A stretch of DNA of 63,332 nt, the filler included, from Octopus bimaculoides (Eukaryota), in the NCBI RefSeq assembly GCF_001194135.2. It is 3 parts of 3 records of this genome, joined end to end, with 100 filler letters (N's around TTAATTAATTAA, not from the genome) between each part and the next. Parts side by side here need not be neighbours in the genome. Positions count along the whole stretch, not along the records: positions 25,505 to 43,435 come from NC_069004.1; positions 43,536 to 63,332 come from NC_068984.1; 1 more part is not named here. One strand, given 5' to 3'. Position 1 is the first letter of the stretch. Each line of letters begins with the position of its first letter. Below are positions 38,006 through 50,645 of the stretch, one piece after another. The notes beneath the pieces were generated by a model. That model did not search any database. It was not told the DNA's origin and saw nothing but the letters and a program-made list of their open reading frames with translations. A program made the position numbers and the translations under genes.

Positions 38006-39414
38006 CGTTTGTTTCAAGTATTATTTTCCTGTTCGTGGTTTGTTATATAATAGAAGTTGAATTGACTTAACTCTTAGAGAATTCTTAATGTAACATTTGG
38101 TGTGATTCTTTGATCGATTGTCTTTGAGATTTTGCTGTTGTTATTGTTGAGATTCTCGCCTATTAACTTCTTCTTCAACGCCAACTTTCTTTTTGTTTCA
38201 TTCCATCTTTGAGCTTTTTGCTTCCCGACTATTATTTTCTTTGTTCTTTTTCCAAAATAGGACGGTTCTAAGAATACATTTTCTCTATATTAATCTGCAG
38301 ACGTGGTAGCAGAAATATTATTAAGCATTATTATTATATATCTACAACATTAGTATATTTTACGTTCATATATACCCTGGCTTCAATACTGTATTCGGGG
38401 CTGGCTCTACTTTTCATTGTTGTTGTTTAGCGTCAGATCAATTCTGATTGAGCAGACACATGTTCAAAAGTGTTCGACCAATGAACATCACGTTCTTTCT
38501 TAGACATAGTATACTTCAGACTCTACTGTGTCTTATTGTTTTAAGGTGGTAGAGCGTCATTTGAGGGAGATTTAGCTGTTATTTATATCAAGCTGGACAA
38601 ACCTATCGATGCTCTTCGATTTGGTAGTTCTATGTAATAAATAACTAGTGTTGTTCTGGGTCTAACTTCATTCTATTGCTCTGCTCTAAATGTTTGATCT
38701 CGTGCCAGAATCATTAGGCTTTAAGTTCAATTCCTACCAAGCTCCACTTTACATTTCATTCAACCAAAATCAGTGAAATAAGTATTTACACGTGTATTTT
38801 ACCGTTTCCTTTCGATGAAATGTTAGAAAGTGTTCCACATCAACTCTTTTCAAAGATGGGTAACATTGACTGAGAGAGATAATCTCTTTTCTTCCTTAGT
38901 AGTCCATCGATCTCCGATGAAGACGTAGTCTGTGGCCTCAGCAGTCGGATAAAGGATGGCTGCCACAACATCCCGTGATATCGTTCATTTTAAATTAAAT
39001 TACCTATTCGTGGCCAATAAAATAGCAGGATTTACATAGTTTGTGTACTCCATGATGCAAGAAGCAAACTTTTAGCAAGTCATTTCCACCATCAGGTTCT
39101 TATCCTTTATCGACACATTTTCACTGCAGTCTTGCCACTTTAGAGAGCCATTGATGCCTCAAGGTCACATTTCCTCATAACAAGACCACATGTCTTGCAG
39201 TGCTTCATTTCTTCTTGTAAGGGTAGAACGAACTTGCTCATTGTACCTATTTTTAGCATGTGAGACCTGACTATCAAGGACTAAGCGAAGGTTTCACCAG
39301 ATTGAAAATATCAACCTTTTAAGTAGTACTTAAACAAACTAATATAAGATCAGCCATGAGCTTGGCTGTAAGTAGCTGAAATATAACTGGGGTCATCGTC
39401 AACATGTATGTGTA

Positions 39415-39449
<35 letters not shown>

Positions 39450-40673
39450 TCACACACACATATGAGGACACTTGTTTACATTTATACCGCGTAAAATGAG
39501 GTACTGCTGTTAATGACTAACTTGACGTTTCCCTAAATAGAAATTGATAAAACAATCATCTGACAAAAAAATGGACTGTGAGCAAAAGGATCGACAAATT
39601 TCTTGAAGGCTGTGCCCTAGCATGGCTGCGTCCTACTGGTTGAAACCAGTAAAAGAATGATGGAAATATGTAGACATATATAATGCAAAATGTTTATCAG
39701 TCAATCGCTCAATGAATAATAGACAACGATATTCTAAATGTTGTATCTACAATTGATTGCCTTCGACTTCATACCATAGTTAGACAGTTAGTTATATAGA
39801 CGGTACCAAAATAATGTTTATATTCATAAATATAACATGAATATATCACATTTTTATGTGTAATGTATTTACATGTGTCTTAACTGAAGAAAGTATTACG
39901 TAATGGATGCATTTCCTACTATATATTACGCAGACCGGAAACGTACATATTAAATGAGTTCAAAATATCACTATTTTTAGCTTAACTTCATTATCACATA
40001 CATACATACATACATCTAGGTATGTCTATTTATTTATTTATACACATACATACTTACGCATAATGCGCCCACGTCTACATTTAATATAAAGAAAATATAT
40101 TCTGACCTCTTTCTCCATTTTTTTTTTTGGCGTGAGGGAAGTATCCAAGAAAATTCCACAAGAAAAACCATTATGGAAATTCAATAATTTACATATTTTA
40201 CAGAAATAATGTATTTTCTTGTAGAATTTCTGCGACGAATGTTCCTTTACTGCTTTACATGTCCAAATATTTTTGCTAAATTTCTACATATTTTTAATAT
40301 TTTGTTTCTGGCTACAAAGGAATTTTGGTTTTAGCTCTTTGATTTTGAAACAGCAACAGCAGCAATAACCAAAAGAAATATCTTAGCTAAACGTTTTATT
40401 TATTCACTTTTACAATTTTTGCTTGGTAACGGCCTGTCTTTAATATATTATTTCAAGGGGTTTTCATTTTAATATCTCTTCTCTCTTTTGCCTGTTTGTG
40501 AAATCTTAATCGCAAATAGAACCCTTATTTTTTATTGTTCTTATTATTTTGCTTTTATTCCTATTAATTCTTTTAATTCAATCCAATGGCTACTCTAGTA
40601 ATGGTTCTTCAAAATTTATTGCTTGTGTCAGCAATTCTGTTCAAGTTTTTTTGATGATCATGTATATTATTAC

Positions 40674-40707
<34 letters not shown>

Positions 40708-40961
40708 ACGGCAGTGGATTGGCAGAACCGTCAGATGGTCGTACAAATTTCTTTGCGAAATTTGTTTCGGCTTCTTACGTTCTCTGCCGGGGTCTACTTT
40801 GCCTTTCATCCTTCCGGGGTCAATAAAACGAGTACCAGTCAAATACTGGGGTCGAATTGACCGACTGTCTTCTTTTCTAAGAGATGTGGCACACGCCTAC
40901 AACTCTTAAGGAAATCCTCATTCAAAATCATTATTTCATTTCTAAACCATTTCTAAATCAC

Positions 40962-40995
<34 letters not shown>

Positions 40996-42090
40996 GTTAT
41001 TACCATCATCATCATAGTATTAAGGGTGGTGAGCTGGGAGAAACAGTAGAGGGACTAACCAAATACTTTATTATAATATGTAGTCACCCCATTCGTTACA
41101 TTTCCAATATAAATCATACTGTACCAGACTTTACATTTCAGCTAACAGTAATATATTGAGGTCAAACCAGCGTAATGTACTTCTCAGCCTCATTCCTCAT
41201 CCCATTATCAAATTTGCGTTATACCCAGTCAAAAAGAGCTATTATTATAACTATTATTATTATTATTATCCTGTGATCCTTCCCAGACAAAAAAATACAT
41301 CGTCAATGAACCGTAACCAGATTATTATTATTATATGCCCTGATGTAGTACCAGGCAGTGGCTCTCATGGCTTCTGATCTTAACTGATTGGATGTGTTAA
41401 CATGGATGTGTTAACATGTATGTGTTTTGTCATGGTGTAAAAGATGGGCTACAACAAATATTCTGCTCAGTACCACAGATTTACTTGTCAGTTACTTGAC
41501 CTTAACCCGTTGAGCGTGTCTCTTAGTGGCTGACGATATGTGTATCTCTGATCAAGGGCAGAAGTAGTTGGGGAGCATCATAGCCATGTGCTGAGAGGAA
41601 TTCTTTGGGGTTTGAATGATTCACTTTCTGGAAACATGGGTGTTTTGTTCAACTTCCTTAAACAGCCCTTATTCAGGGAGTTTTGAGTGGCATGGGCTAC
41701 GCGACCCGAATTATTATTATCATTACTATTATTATTATTAATTATTATTATTATTATTATTATTATGGCGGTGGGTTGACAAACAAAATGTTTTATGACA
41801 TTTCTTCTGACTCTTTTCAAGAGGTCAACTTTGCCTTTCCTCTTTTCGAGGTCGATAAAATAAAGTACCAGTCAAATACCGGAGTCGATGTAATCAATTT
41901 GTTCTCCCACTAAAATTCCTGGCCTTGAGTCAAAGTTATTACTATTTCAAATTCTATTGAGGTCGACTTGGAATGTCACCCTTTCAGGGTCAAGAAAATA
42001 AGTACCAGTTGAGCATCAGGGTCGATGTAATCGACAAGCAACCCCCACCCAAAGTTAAGGCCTTGTGCCTATAATAGCAAGGATTATTAT
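40708..42090 (+). mobile_element. Cluster of tRNA-derived SINEs (~40708-40905, 41023-41170, 41765-41940, 41945-42090) and one copy of the 17.0-kb repeat (41337-41710), separated by (ATT)n
   Basis: ACTTTGCCTTTC..GGTCGATAAAATAA.GTACCAGT..GGGTCGATGTAATC motifs recur in each copy. Confidence 0.85.
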
Positions 42091-42296
42091 TGTTATTATT
42101 ACCATTATTATTATTATTAATAAATTCAAATTACGATAAACGTAAATAAACAAACGATGTTTGCTTTTTTTAGAAGCGTTGAGATGTCTTTTTTAGAAAG
42201 TTTAAGAAGTGATTTTAAATTCTCAATCGCAGAATGATGCTAATAATATAACCTGAACAGGATAAACTATCCCTATTTTGCAGAGAAAAGTGTAGG

Positions 42297-42372
42297 TGGC
42301 TAGCTGTGGACTCGAACTCACATCCCCGTGATTACATGTCACGATGCTTTGACCGATTAAGCTAAGCTACCC
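42297..42372 (-). pseudogene. tRNA-like sequence (Thr-UGU-like loop), probably a SINE head or tRNA pseudogene
   Basis: GGGTAGCTTAGCTTAATCGGTCAAAGCATCGTGACATGTAATCACGGGGATGTGAGTTCGAGTCCACAGCTAGCCA: A-box, B-box GTTCGAGTC, 5-bp stem CGTGA/TCACG with loop CATGTAA. A33 instead of U, one acceptor mismatch and a bulged T-stem argue against a functional tRNA. Confidence 0.65.
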
Positions 42373-43398
42373 ACTACAAATTCCTCTGCAAATTAAGATA
42401 TATAAATCTCGCTTTATGAGACGCTCTCATATGTTAAATTCAAATTACGATAAACGTAAATAAACAAACGATGTTTGCTTTTATTATTACTATTATTATT
42501 ATTATTATTATTATTATTACTGTCAACATCACCGCTATTTTGTTTATCTTCATTATGTCTCAAATATCCATATAAATTAAACTCTAAACTAACTCCCCTA
42601 CCTCGAGTTTATATCTACATAGTTATCCAATCCTCTTTATTTTATGTGGTTATTAAAATAAATACAAGTGAAGCACTGGAGTCGATGGTAAAGACTAATC
42701 CTGTCCCCTTGAAATCGATAAGCTTTATATAGTCTGTAAACTGCAGCGTCGTTAGGGATTTGATTTTTTTATAGTCCAAACAATGCTTCATTGCAATTCT
42801 GACGATAAGAGTGTGTTTAACCCGATAAAAGGAACTTCACTCGTAAAGTACCGTTCATTAAATTTTTAGATTTGTTACTTGGAACTTAGTTTCATCGTAT
42901 TAATATCTTCCGGTTGAAAAATAGAATTACTTTACTATCATCGTCAACAGTTGTGTGGTATATGTATTACCAGACTGCAACCGTGTGGTTCATATCCTCT
43001 AGCCTTGTACATTCATAGCAATGTTTTGTACACACAAACACACACATTGTACTTTATCATTGTGTGGTATATCAAATACAAAGGTAGAAATCAGTGAGTA
43101 GAGCTATCTATATATCTGCCTTTATCTTTTTCTGCTTGCCTGTCTGCCAGCATATCTATCTATCTAACTGACTGACTGACTGACTGACTATTTATCTATC
43201 TATCTATCTATCTATCTACCTACCTACCTACCTATCTATCTCTGAATTATTTCTTCAATTCTGTTAAACACTTGATTGTGAACGTTCTTCATATCACTAG
43301 AACGATGTTCATATCCTCTTCTTTCTGTCCGTTTTGCCTATATTTTTCGTTTGTTTTTCTGCCTATATTTCCCCCATTGCCTCCCTATTCCACATATG

Positions 43399-43435
<37 letters not shown>

Positions 43436-43535
43436 NNNNNNNNNNNNNNNNNNNNNNNNNNNNNNNNNNNNNNNNNNNNTTAATTAATTAANNNNNNNNN
43501 NNNNNNNNNNNNNNNNNNNNNNNNNNNNNNNNNNN
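43436..43535. other. Artificial scaffold-join spacer N44-TTAATTAATTAA-N44
   Basis: Same structure as 25405-25504. Confidence 0.92.
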
Positions 43536-43569
43536 TGTGTGTGTGTGTGCTTGCTTACATTATATACAA

Positions 43570-43607
<38 letters not shown>

Positions 43608-45171
43608 TCTATTTTTCTATATATGCACGCACGGACACACATATGCAGTAGAAGGTGTTGAAACTAGAAAAAGAAACATCTATGTTAGTCGAACATTTTG
43701 AATGCACCGTTGTCCATCCTCAGGACAGTCTTAGAGAATTTTGGATATTCAACTTACAGCTTTTATTAAAGCTACTTCATAAAACACAATAATGCAAATA
43801 ACAGGAAATTATTACATAGCTACAACACATTCTGTTACAGCTACTCCAGCCTCTGCAACAAGCAATAATTTTCAAGACAGAAATGATAGCTGCTAATTTT
43901 CCGAATAAACATGGTCAGCAAAAATAGAGGTAAACACAAGAATTTAATGAGTACAATCTATGTAAACGAACAACAGAAACTACCAACTCGTCATTGAATC
44001 TTTATTCTAAATTAAATGCAAACTGGAACGTAATTGACGATAATGTAGCCTCAATTAAACCTTACGTGTTTACAAGTAATACATTTTAATTAGATTATAT
44101 TTTAAGAGTTTTTTTGTTTGTTTTTGAATCAACAATTTTTTCTTTCTCGTTTTAATTGCACAATTCTGTGTTCTACTAGTAACTACATTAGTATTATTGC
44201 CAAGTACTGACAGTCTCGACTAATAAACGTCTGATATTCTCCACAAAACACTACCCTACTTTACATATTTAACAGATTTCATTAATAAGAGTTGTTACTA
44301 TATATTAGTTCTCGTGCAGGTGGCGAGCTACTACAATTATACTTAACAATTTTTTCGGCTCTTTACGTTCCGAGTTCAAATTTCTCCGATAAAATAAGTA
44401 CCAGTTGAACATAGAGTCGATATAATCAACTTACATTTCCCCTTGAACCAAAATTTGAAACAGTTATCTTTCTCGTGTGCTTCGTGTATGGCTGAGAAAT
44501 TAAGAATTCATATGTTCTTCAAGAAGTGAAATTAGAATTCATATAGTCTCTTAAAATTCAGATGGTCTCCGAAGTCTGTGAGGAAAAAAATGATAAACAG
44601 AATCTGTGGGTGCCCGAAGTATGGATTGTTTATATGTTGTTGGATGGTTGAGTTAAACAGTCACCCAATATACCTACCACCATCACTACCACATCCACCA
44701 CTTCTTCAAAAACTGCCATTTGAGTTTCTGTGAAATTTTCTTTGTTGTTGTGTATATTCAGACCAAGTTTTCAGAATGAAGATAGACTTTGTTATGCCAT
44801 TCTCCGGCAGGAATCAACCATTCTCGGGCAGGAATCAAGGCCACAGCTCTTCTTCTTTTGTGTAACTCATCAAAATAATTGCTCAGGATGTTGCGAAAAT
44901 ATCAACTTTCTGTGATTTTCTCTTAAAATTTTACTGAATTTATACTGAAACGATAGCAAATCAGTAGCAAGGTACACGTTAATTTTATAGTACTACCACT
45001 GTTTACTACAATAAACCATACTCATCTTGCTGTATCCACTTCGAGCAAGTTGGACTCGACTGCCGTGGACCAGTCCAACGTGCGTGTGTATTTATGTGTA
45101 TGTGTGCGTGTGTGTGTTGCATGTGTGTGTTTGTATATGTGTGTGTGCATATGCTGCTTGTATATGTGTGC

Positions 45172-45212
<41 letters not shown>

Positions 45213-46605
45213 CTAATCAGGTATTTCAGGCAAAAGCTTGGTTCTACTACTTTCTCCCTGTACAGAAACGTCCATAAAAAGATAGAAAAGTTCACATTAA
45301 AAGGATGGACGGTTAGGAGAAGAATCTTGTCATTTCCCATTAGAGGCATCGGAGACAAGCACTGTCCAGTAGACCATGATCGCTCGTGAAATGATAAAAG
45401 TACTGTTGCATGTTGTTGAATGGGAAAACTTGACATAAAGAGGCTGTCGCTCTATCCAGTAAACATTTCTGTTTTATTCACTTCACATTACAAACAGCAG
45501 CAACAAACATTGTCATATTATTTTGTGTAAAATTTCATTGAAAGCGACTTTGATTTTCATCGTTGCGGGATCCATAAAAATATCGTAGTTACTTAGTGGA
45601 GGTACTTATATCAACCACACCGCATTCTCCTCCCGTCGTCTGATGAGAACGGCTTTATAAATTATTTTAATTTGATCTGTGTTAAATTTAGTCCATACAA
45701 CATGATCTGTGATCTATATTGTATAATGTCTGTGTAGATAGAATAGCAACACAATATATTTAACTTTACACCAAGACTGATTCCATCATATTAACAGTGA
45801 AGCCTGAGGCTCACACAACCAGATAGAATCACCATCGAAGAGATATGCTGTAGTGTGCGAAACTTAATTAGATTGTACATTAAGTAAATATTGATTAACT
45901 ATCGCTCAATGTACCACCCATATTGAATATCGATTTTCACTATTATACTATTCGGGTATTTCTGACTCGTTGTTGACTGTTTATCGATTGTAGACGAACA
46001 GTAGTAAACCTTCGATTATTCTGACGTGTAGCGTCGCGGCATGCAGCATGTGGCATCACATACAAAATATATTTCCATATTTTTAATTGTTACATGCGAT
46101 ATTGACTTTGATCTGTGTCTAGTTGGGCAACGGGTATCGATACTAATGTATTGATAGAAAAATGGTTTTGTGTTCAACAGAAAATCATTCAAAACATGAT
46201 GCTGTCGTTGTCAATGGGTGCAACTTCCCAACCGGGCAGAGTTCCCTACCTTAACCCTAACCCTAACCTGGTGGATGCGCGGAATAATCTGAAGCAGTTT
46301 GTTCTCTTTTTAATAATCATCACGTGATCACCGAGATCACAGTCGCGTTTCAGCGACAGATTGCGAGACATTACTTATAAACATGGCATATCGAGTTTGA
46401 GATTTTTACACATGCATATACATGTACGCGTTTGTATATACATGTGCATATATGTGTGTATAAACGTATGTACATACACACACACGAATATATATGTAGA
46501 ACGAGTGAGTGAGTGAGAGAGAGAGGGGGGAGAATGAGGATTCGTAGTACAAACACGATAGATTGAACTCAAAACGAGTTATAAATATTTCTATATATTT
46601 AAATA

Positions 46606-47385
46606 TGGTACCATCCCGTAAATGATGCGGTTTTAAATATTTCTTTTATTTTTAAAAATGGAAATAAACAAGGTTCTATTTTAACCTAAAAATATACTCT
46701 TTCATTTTCTACAATGCTCTTCCATCTATCTGGTGGACTTGCAAGGGTCTTCTACCAAAATTCACTTGTACATGACGAAAAATACTCCTCCAGTACTGTT
46801 CTGACTTCGTCTACAGAATTCGTATTTTTTTCGTCCATATGATTTTGAAGACTACGGAATAAATGATTATCAGATGGGTCAATGTCCAGTGGATATGGTG
46901 GGTGGTCTGATGGAAGAACACCTTTCGTCTTTACACCAGAGATGGTAGTTTTTCTTCTAGCGCTGACTTAAGCCGTTCAATCTTCTCGCAGTAGGTTTTT
47001 GTTATCGTTTGGTTTGGGTTTAAATGTTCAAAGTGGACTAAACCTTTCATATCCCACCAAACAGATAACAAGACTTTACGTCGGTGAAGACCTTCCTTAG
47101 CTTGGGTTGCCGGTCTTTCTCCTTTTCCTTCCCACTGTCTTCGGCGATTGACATTTTTATAGAGAACCCATTTCTTATCACCAGTTACTATTCGGTCCCC
47201 AAAAGGTTCGTTGAGACGCGACACCGAAGAAGAACACACAATCTCTCTCTGCGCGCGATTAGACTCGAAAAGTTTGTGAGGAACCCATTCACCCAATTTG
47301 CTGATTTTTTTCAATGGCACGCAGGTGTCGATGAATGGTTGAATGACCAAATCCAAGCTTCTCTGCTAGTTCCTCAACAGTTGCA
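46606..47385 (-). mobile_element. mariner (DD34D) transposon, 5' end lost, frameshifted
   Basis: TVEELAEKLGFGHSTIHRHL, GEWVPHKL, IVTGDKKWVLY, KVLLSVWWD, HPPYPLDIDPSDNHLFRSLQN, PDRWKSIVENE; one TIR TGGTACCATCCCGTAAATGATGCGGTTTT after TA at 46604-46605. Confidence 0.92.
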
Positions 47386-49054
47386 TTATATACGAATTCA
47401 CCGAAAAAATATACTCTTTTCTCCGTAACACCATGTGCTACCTATTTCGATTTAATTAATTTCAGCTTACCAACATATTTCCACGTTTTTTCGTTTATAG
47501 TGGTGATATCACTACTAGAGTCCAACTGCATTCTACCACTTGTATTTCTGATTTTCCCCTTCACGAATTTCCTCATCGTTATATTACCAATTCCTTCCGA
47601 TGCTATACTATTTATTCTTTTTCTCCTTGTTCCGTCGCTTTGTCATCTTCATTCTACAGTGAGTCTTTATATGTCCTATATTACCACAACGAAAGCACTC
47701 CATTCTTTTAAATGGACATTTTGTCCTCAGGTGTATACCTCCTCATGCAAAACAGGGGTTTATTTCCTGATTTTTGTCGTGTTTGTTTAAGAAAACACTT
47801 GATCTCTATTATGACTATTTCGCACTTGCTTTACTTGGAAATAGGCTTTATTTTCAATTTTCTCTGTGTTGTGTCTCAATGTGACTATCCTTTCACATTT
47901 TTCTGACATTTGCTATAGGGTTACATCCTGGTTTTGTTCCAGCTTTGTGAGATTTCTAGTTCTGACTTCTGCGTCCTTTTCGGCAGTTAGTCCCTGTGTA
48001 CAAATCAGGAATTTGAACATATCCGAACTTAATTTATCCAGGTTAAACTTCTCGCAATCCCTGTTTACACCAACAGCATATGTGATAAAGTCGATGTTTT
48101 CCTCTATGTTCACACACTTCCAACGTGTGCTGAACAACGAGTTTTTTTCACTGAAAATGTTACACAATATATCTATTGTGTCATTAAAATTCATGTCCGA
48201 AGGTTTTCTTGGAAGTACATAATTACTGTATCGTTCATGTTCTGTTGCCACCAGTTTTCTCAAGATTAAGCACGTTTTCATCTCGTCGTCCCAATCTTTA
48301 CTTTCTTTCTCGAAGATTTTCTCATATCTTCTGTAGTATTCTTCGAAGGTAACTCCTTCGTCAGGTTCGTATTTGAACTTTGTTATGGAGTTTGCGACAT
48401 CGTCTGGCGAGGATTCTTTTTCTCACTTTCCTCACGACTTCAGTAATTGCAGCATTGTTGCTGTAATATTATCTGTTATTGTTGTTGCTCTTGTAGTTGT
48501 GTCTGCTGCTGTTGTTGTTCTCTTAGCTGTTGTTACTGTTTTTGCAACTCGAGCAAACCTGCCAACAAAATTTCCATATTTTTACGCTTTTTCGTAAATT
48601 TCGTTCACCATCTTTGTGAGTTTGTTAACTCCTCTTCCAGTTTCTATTAACCCTACGTGAATTGGTTTATCCGCATCAAGTTTATCAATTCCTCGTAAGT
48701 TGTTTAAATATTCGTCGTGTTTATTAATTCCTCTTGAGTTTTTAAATCTTCATCGCATTTATTAATTCTTCGTGAGATGTTTAAATCCTCGTCGGGTTTA
48801 TTAATTCTTCGCCAGTTGTTTAAATCCTCCTCGCCACTGTTATAATCTGTTATAATCCTTATAATGTTGGATTGTTATAACGCTCACTTTTTAGGATACC
48901 GTATACTTAAGTTAAAGCAACAAAGACACAACCATCTCTGTCTGCCTACTACATACTCTCTCATACATATTACATACTCTCTGTCTCCTACTCTCCTATT
49001 TATAGGGACACTTGTCAGGTGGCAGGGGTGTAGTATTATTATTAACTCCTTACA
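47380..49054 (-). mobile_element. Ty3/Gypsy (Mag-like) LTR retrotransposon 5' part: LTR 48838-49054, PBS, gag, zinc knuckle, start of protease
   Basis: LTR TGT..ACA of 217 bp then TGGCGAGGAGGAT (PBS); gag HERYSNYVLPRKPSD..SLFSTRWKC..VNRDCEKF..DAEVRTR; CFRCGNIGHIKTHC; MQLDSSSDITTINEKTWK. Confidence 0.9.
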
Positions 49055-49545
49055 AAGATATCAATGCCTCAGTGCATCCTTTCAGATCACTTTTTTGTCA
49101 GCCATCTCCAAATGTTGATCTTGTCTTTTCCTTTGATTTCTCTAAGAGTTTTGCCCATGCTGTGGTTTCATTTTCCAGTTGTTTACTCTTTCTTCTTCAT
49201 CTTGTTTCTTAAACGCCTGTGTGTACATCACATTTTCAACCAACCCAGACAGTTGTTCTTGTTGACAACACAGATCTTGCATCCTGTGAGACCTCTTCCA
49301 CCCCTGTTTCTAGGCGCATACAGTCTGTCAGTATCGATTTTGGGGTGTAGTTCCTTGTTAATTACCATCACTTTTCTAGTTTCCCTGTCTAGTTCCTCAA
49401 ACTCATTCTTTGTCAACCTAACTATAACTGCGCCGTATCGCAAGGAAACAGCCCATCTCTTCATTGTCTTGATTTTGTTTTTTCCATTTAGTCTGTTTCC
49501 CATAATTAACCTGGTTCTTCTGAGATAGTCTCGCTTGAAACTTTT
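49055..49545 (-). mobile_element. R4/Dong fragment (copy C), cut by the Gypsy LTR
   Basis: LNGKNKIK..WAVSLRYGA..LDRETRK..LHPKIDTDRLYAPRNRGGRGL; its TEALI codons abut the LTR edge at 49054. Confidence 0.88.
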
Positions 49546-49614
49546 TATTACTATTATTATTATCACCGAGTGAGAGAGCAGTGCATGTCATCAAAGTTAT
49601 TATTATCATTACTG

Positions 49615-49964
49615 TTCTCATATACACTCAACAGATTAGACTGTTGGAAAAGAAAAGAATCCTACAACGAGTACCCTTAGATGCCAAGAACCCTCTAAGT
49701 ATCCTAGATGTCCCTTATGACACTGCTTTCTGGAGCTGTGCTAAACTGGGTTTTATGTCTATTTACTCTGTCCATCTGTTCAGATCTTTAGATAGAGTTC
49801 CCAATGCACCTATAATTACATTTTACCCTCACTTTCCATTGTCTCTGTAATTCAATAGCCGGGTCCTGGCACTTAGCTATTTTTTCTATACTTCTCATAT
49901 TAATTAATATTCGCATCATTTGGGATTGTAAAGTCTATTATCTGGTACTTTCTATTCTCTTTAT

Positions 49965-50025
<61 letters not shown>

Positions 50026-50598
50026 CAAATGAGTCCTTCTAACTTCTACTACTCTCAGTCTGAATGTTAAAGTCCCACAACGTCTTGTATTCATTGGGTC
50101 AAGGGGCATGCAACATCAACTATACAGTGTATGTAATGGTGCACCCTGTCCACTACCACTAGGTCCGGTTTGTTATGCTGTAGCACCTGATCTGTTTGGA
50201 TTGGAAAATCTCAGAGGATTTTGTTCGTCTCCGACTCTGCCACTTCCTGCGGTTTGTGCTCATACCACGTCTTGCCTCTCTCTAGCCCTCACTTTTTGTA
50301 GTTTCCAATGAAGCACTTTCGCTACCTGGTTGTGTCACCACAACTTGTAGTAGTTTTGGGAATTTGTTCATGATATTGTCAATGGTTTCATCCACCCTAT
50401 TGTAGATGCCGCACAGCGGGGATATTTGGTCATTCTTCAGGTTGACCTTCCAGCTCGTGGCCAGAGCTTGGTTCTGTGCTACCAGTATAATGTTCTCGGT
50501 CTCTTTTCTTAGGGTTCCTTTCATCAGCCAATCCCACCTATTCTTCCCAATAATTTATGTTGTGGTTACATGGAATTGATTGTGTAGTTCCTACTTGC
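49615..50598 (-). mobile_element. R4/Dong 3' fragment (copy D) with internal (TAG)n
   Basis: WDWL..GTLRKETENIILVAQNQALAT, YQIIDFTIPND, GTLSKDLNRW..LQKAVS*GTSRILRG. Confidence 0.85.
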
Positions 50599-50645
50599 GT
50601 AATTCTATTATTATCATCATTATTATTATTATTATTATTATTATT

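Noticed and set aside
42297-42372. Functional tRNA-Thr gene
   Set aside because: A33, an acceptor mismatch and a T-stem bulge; kept as tRNA-like only.
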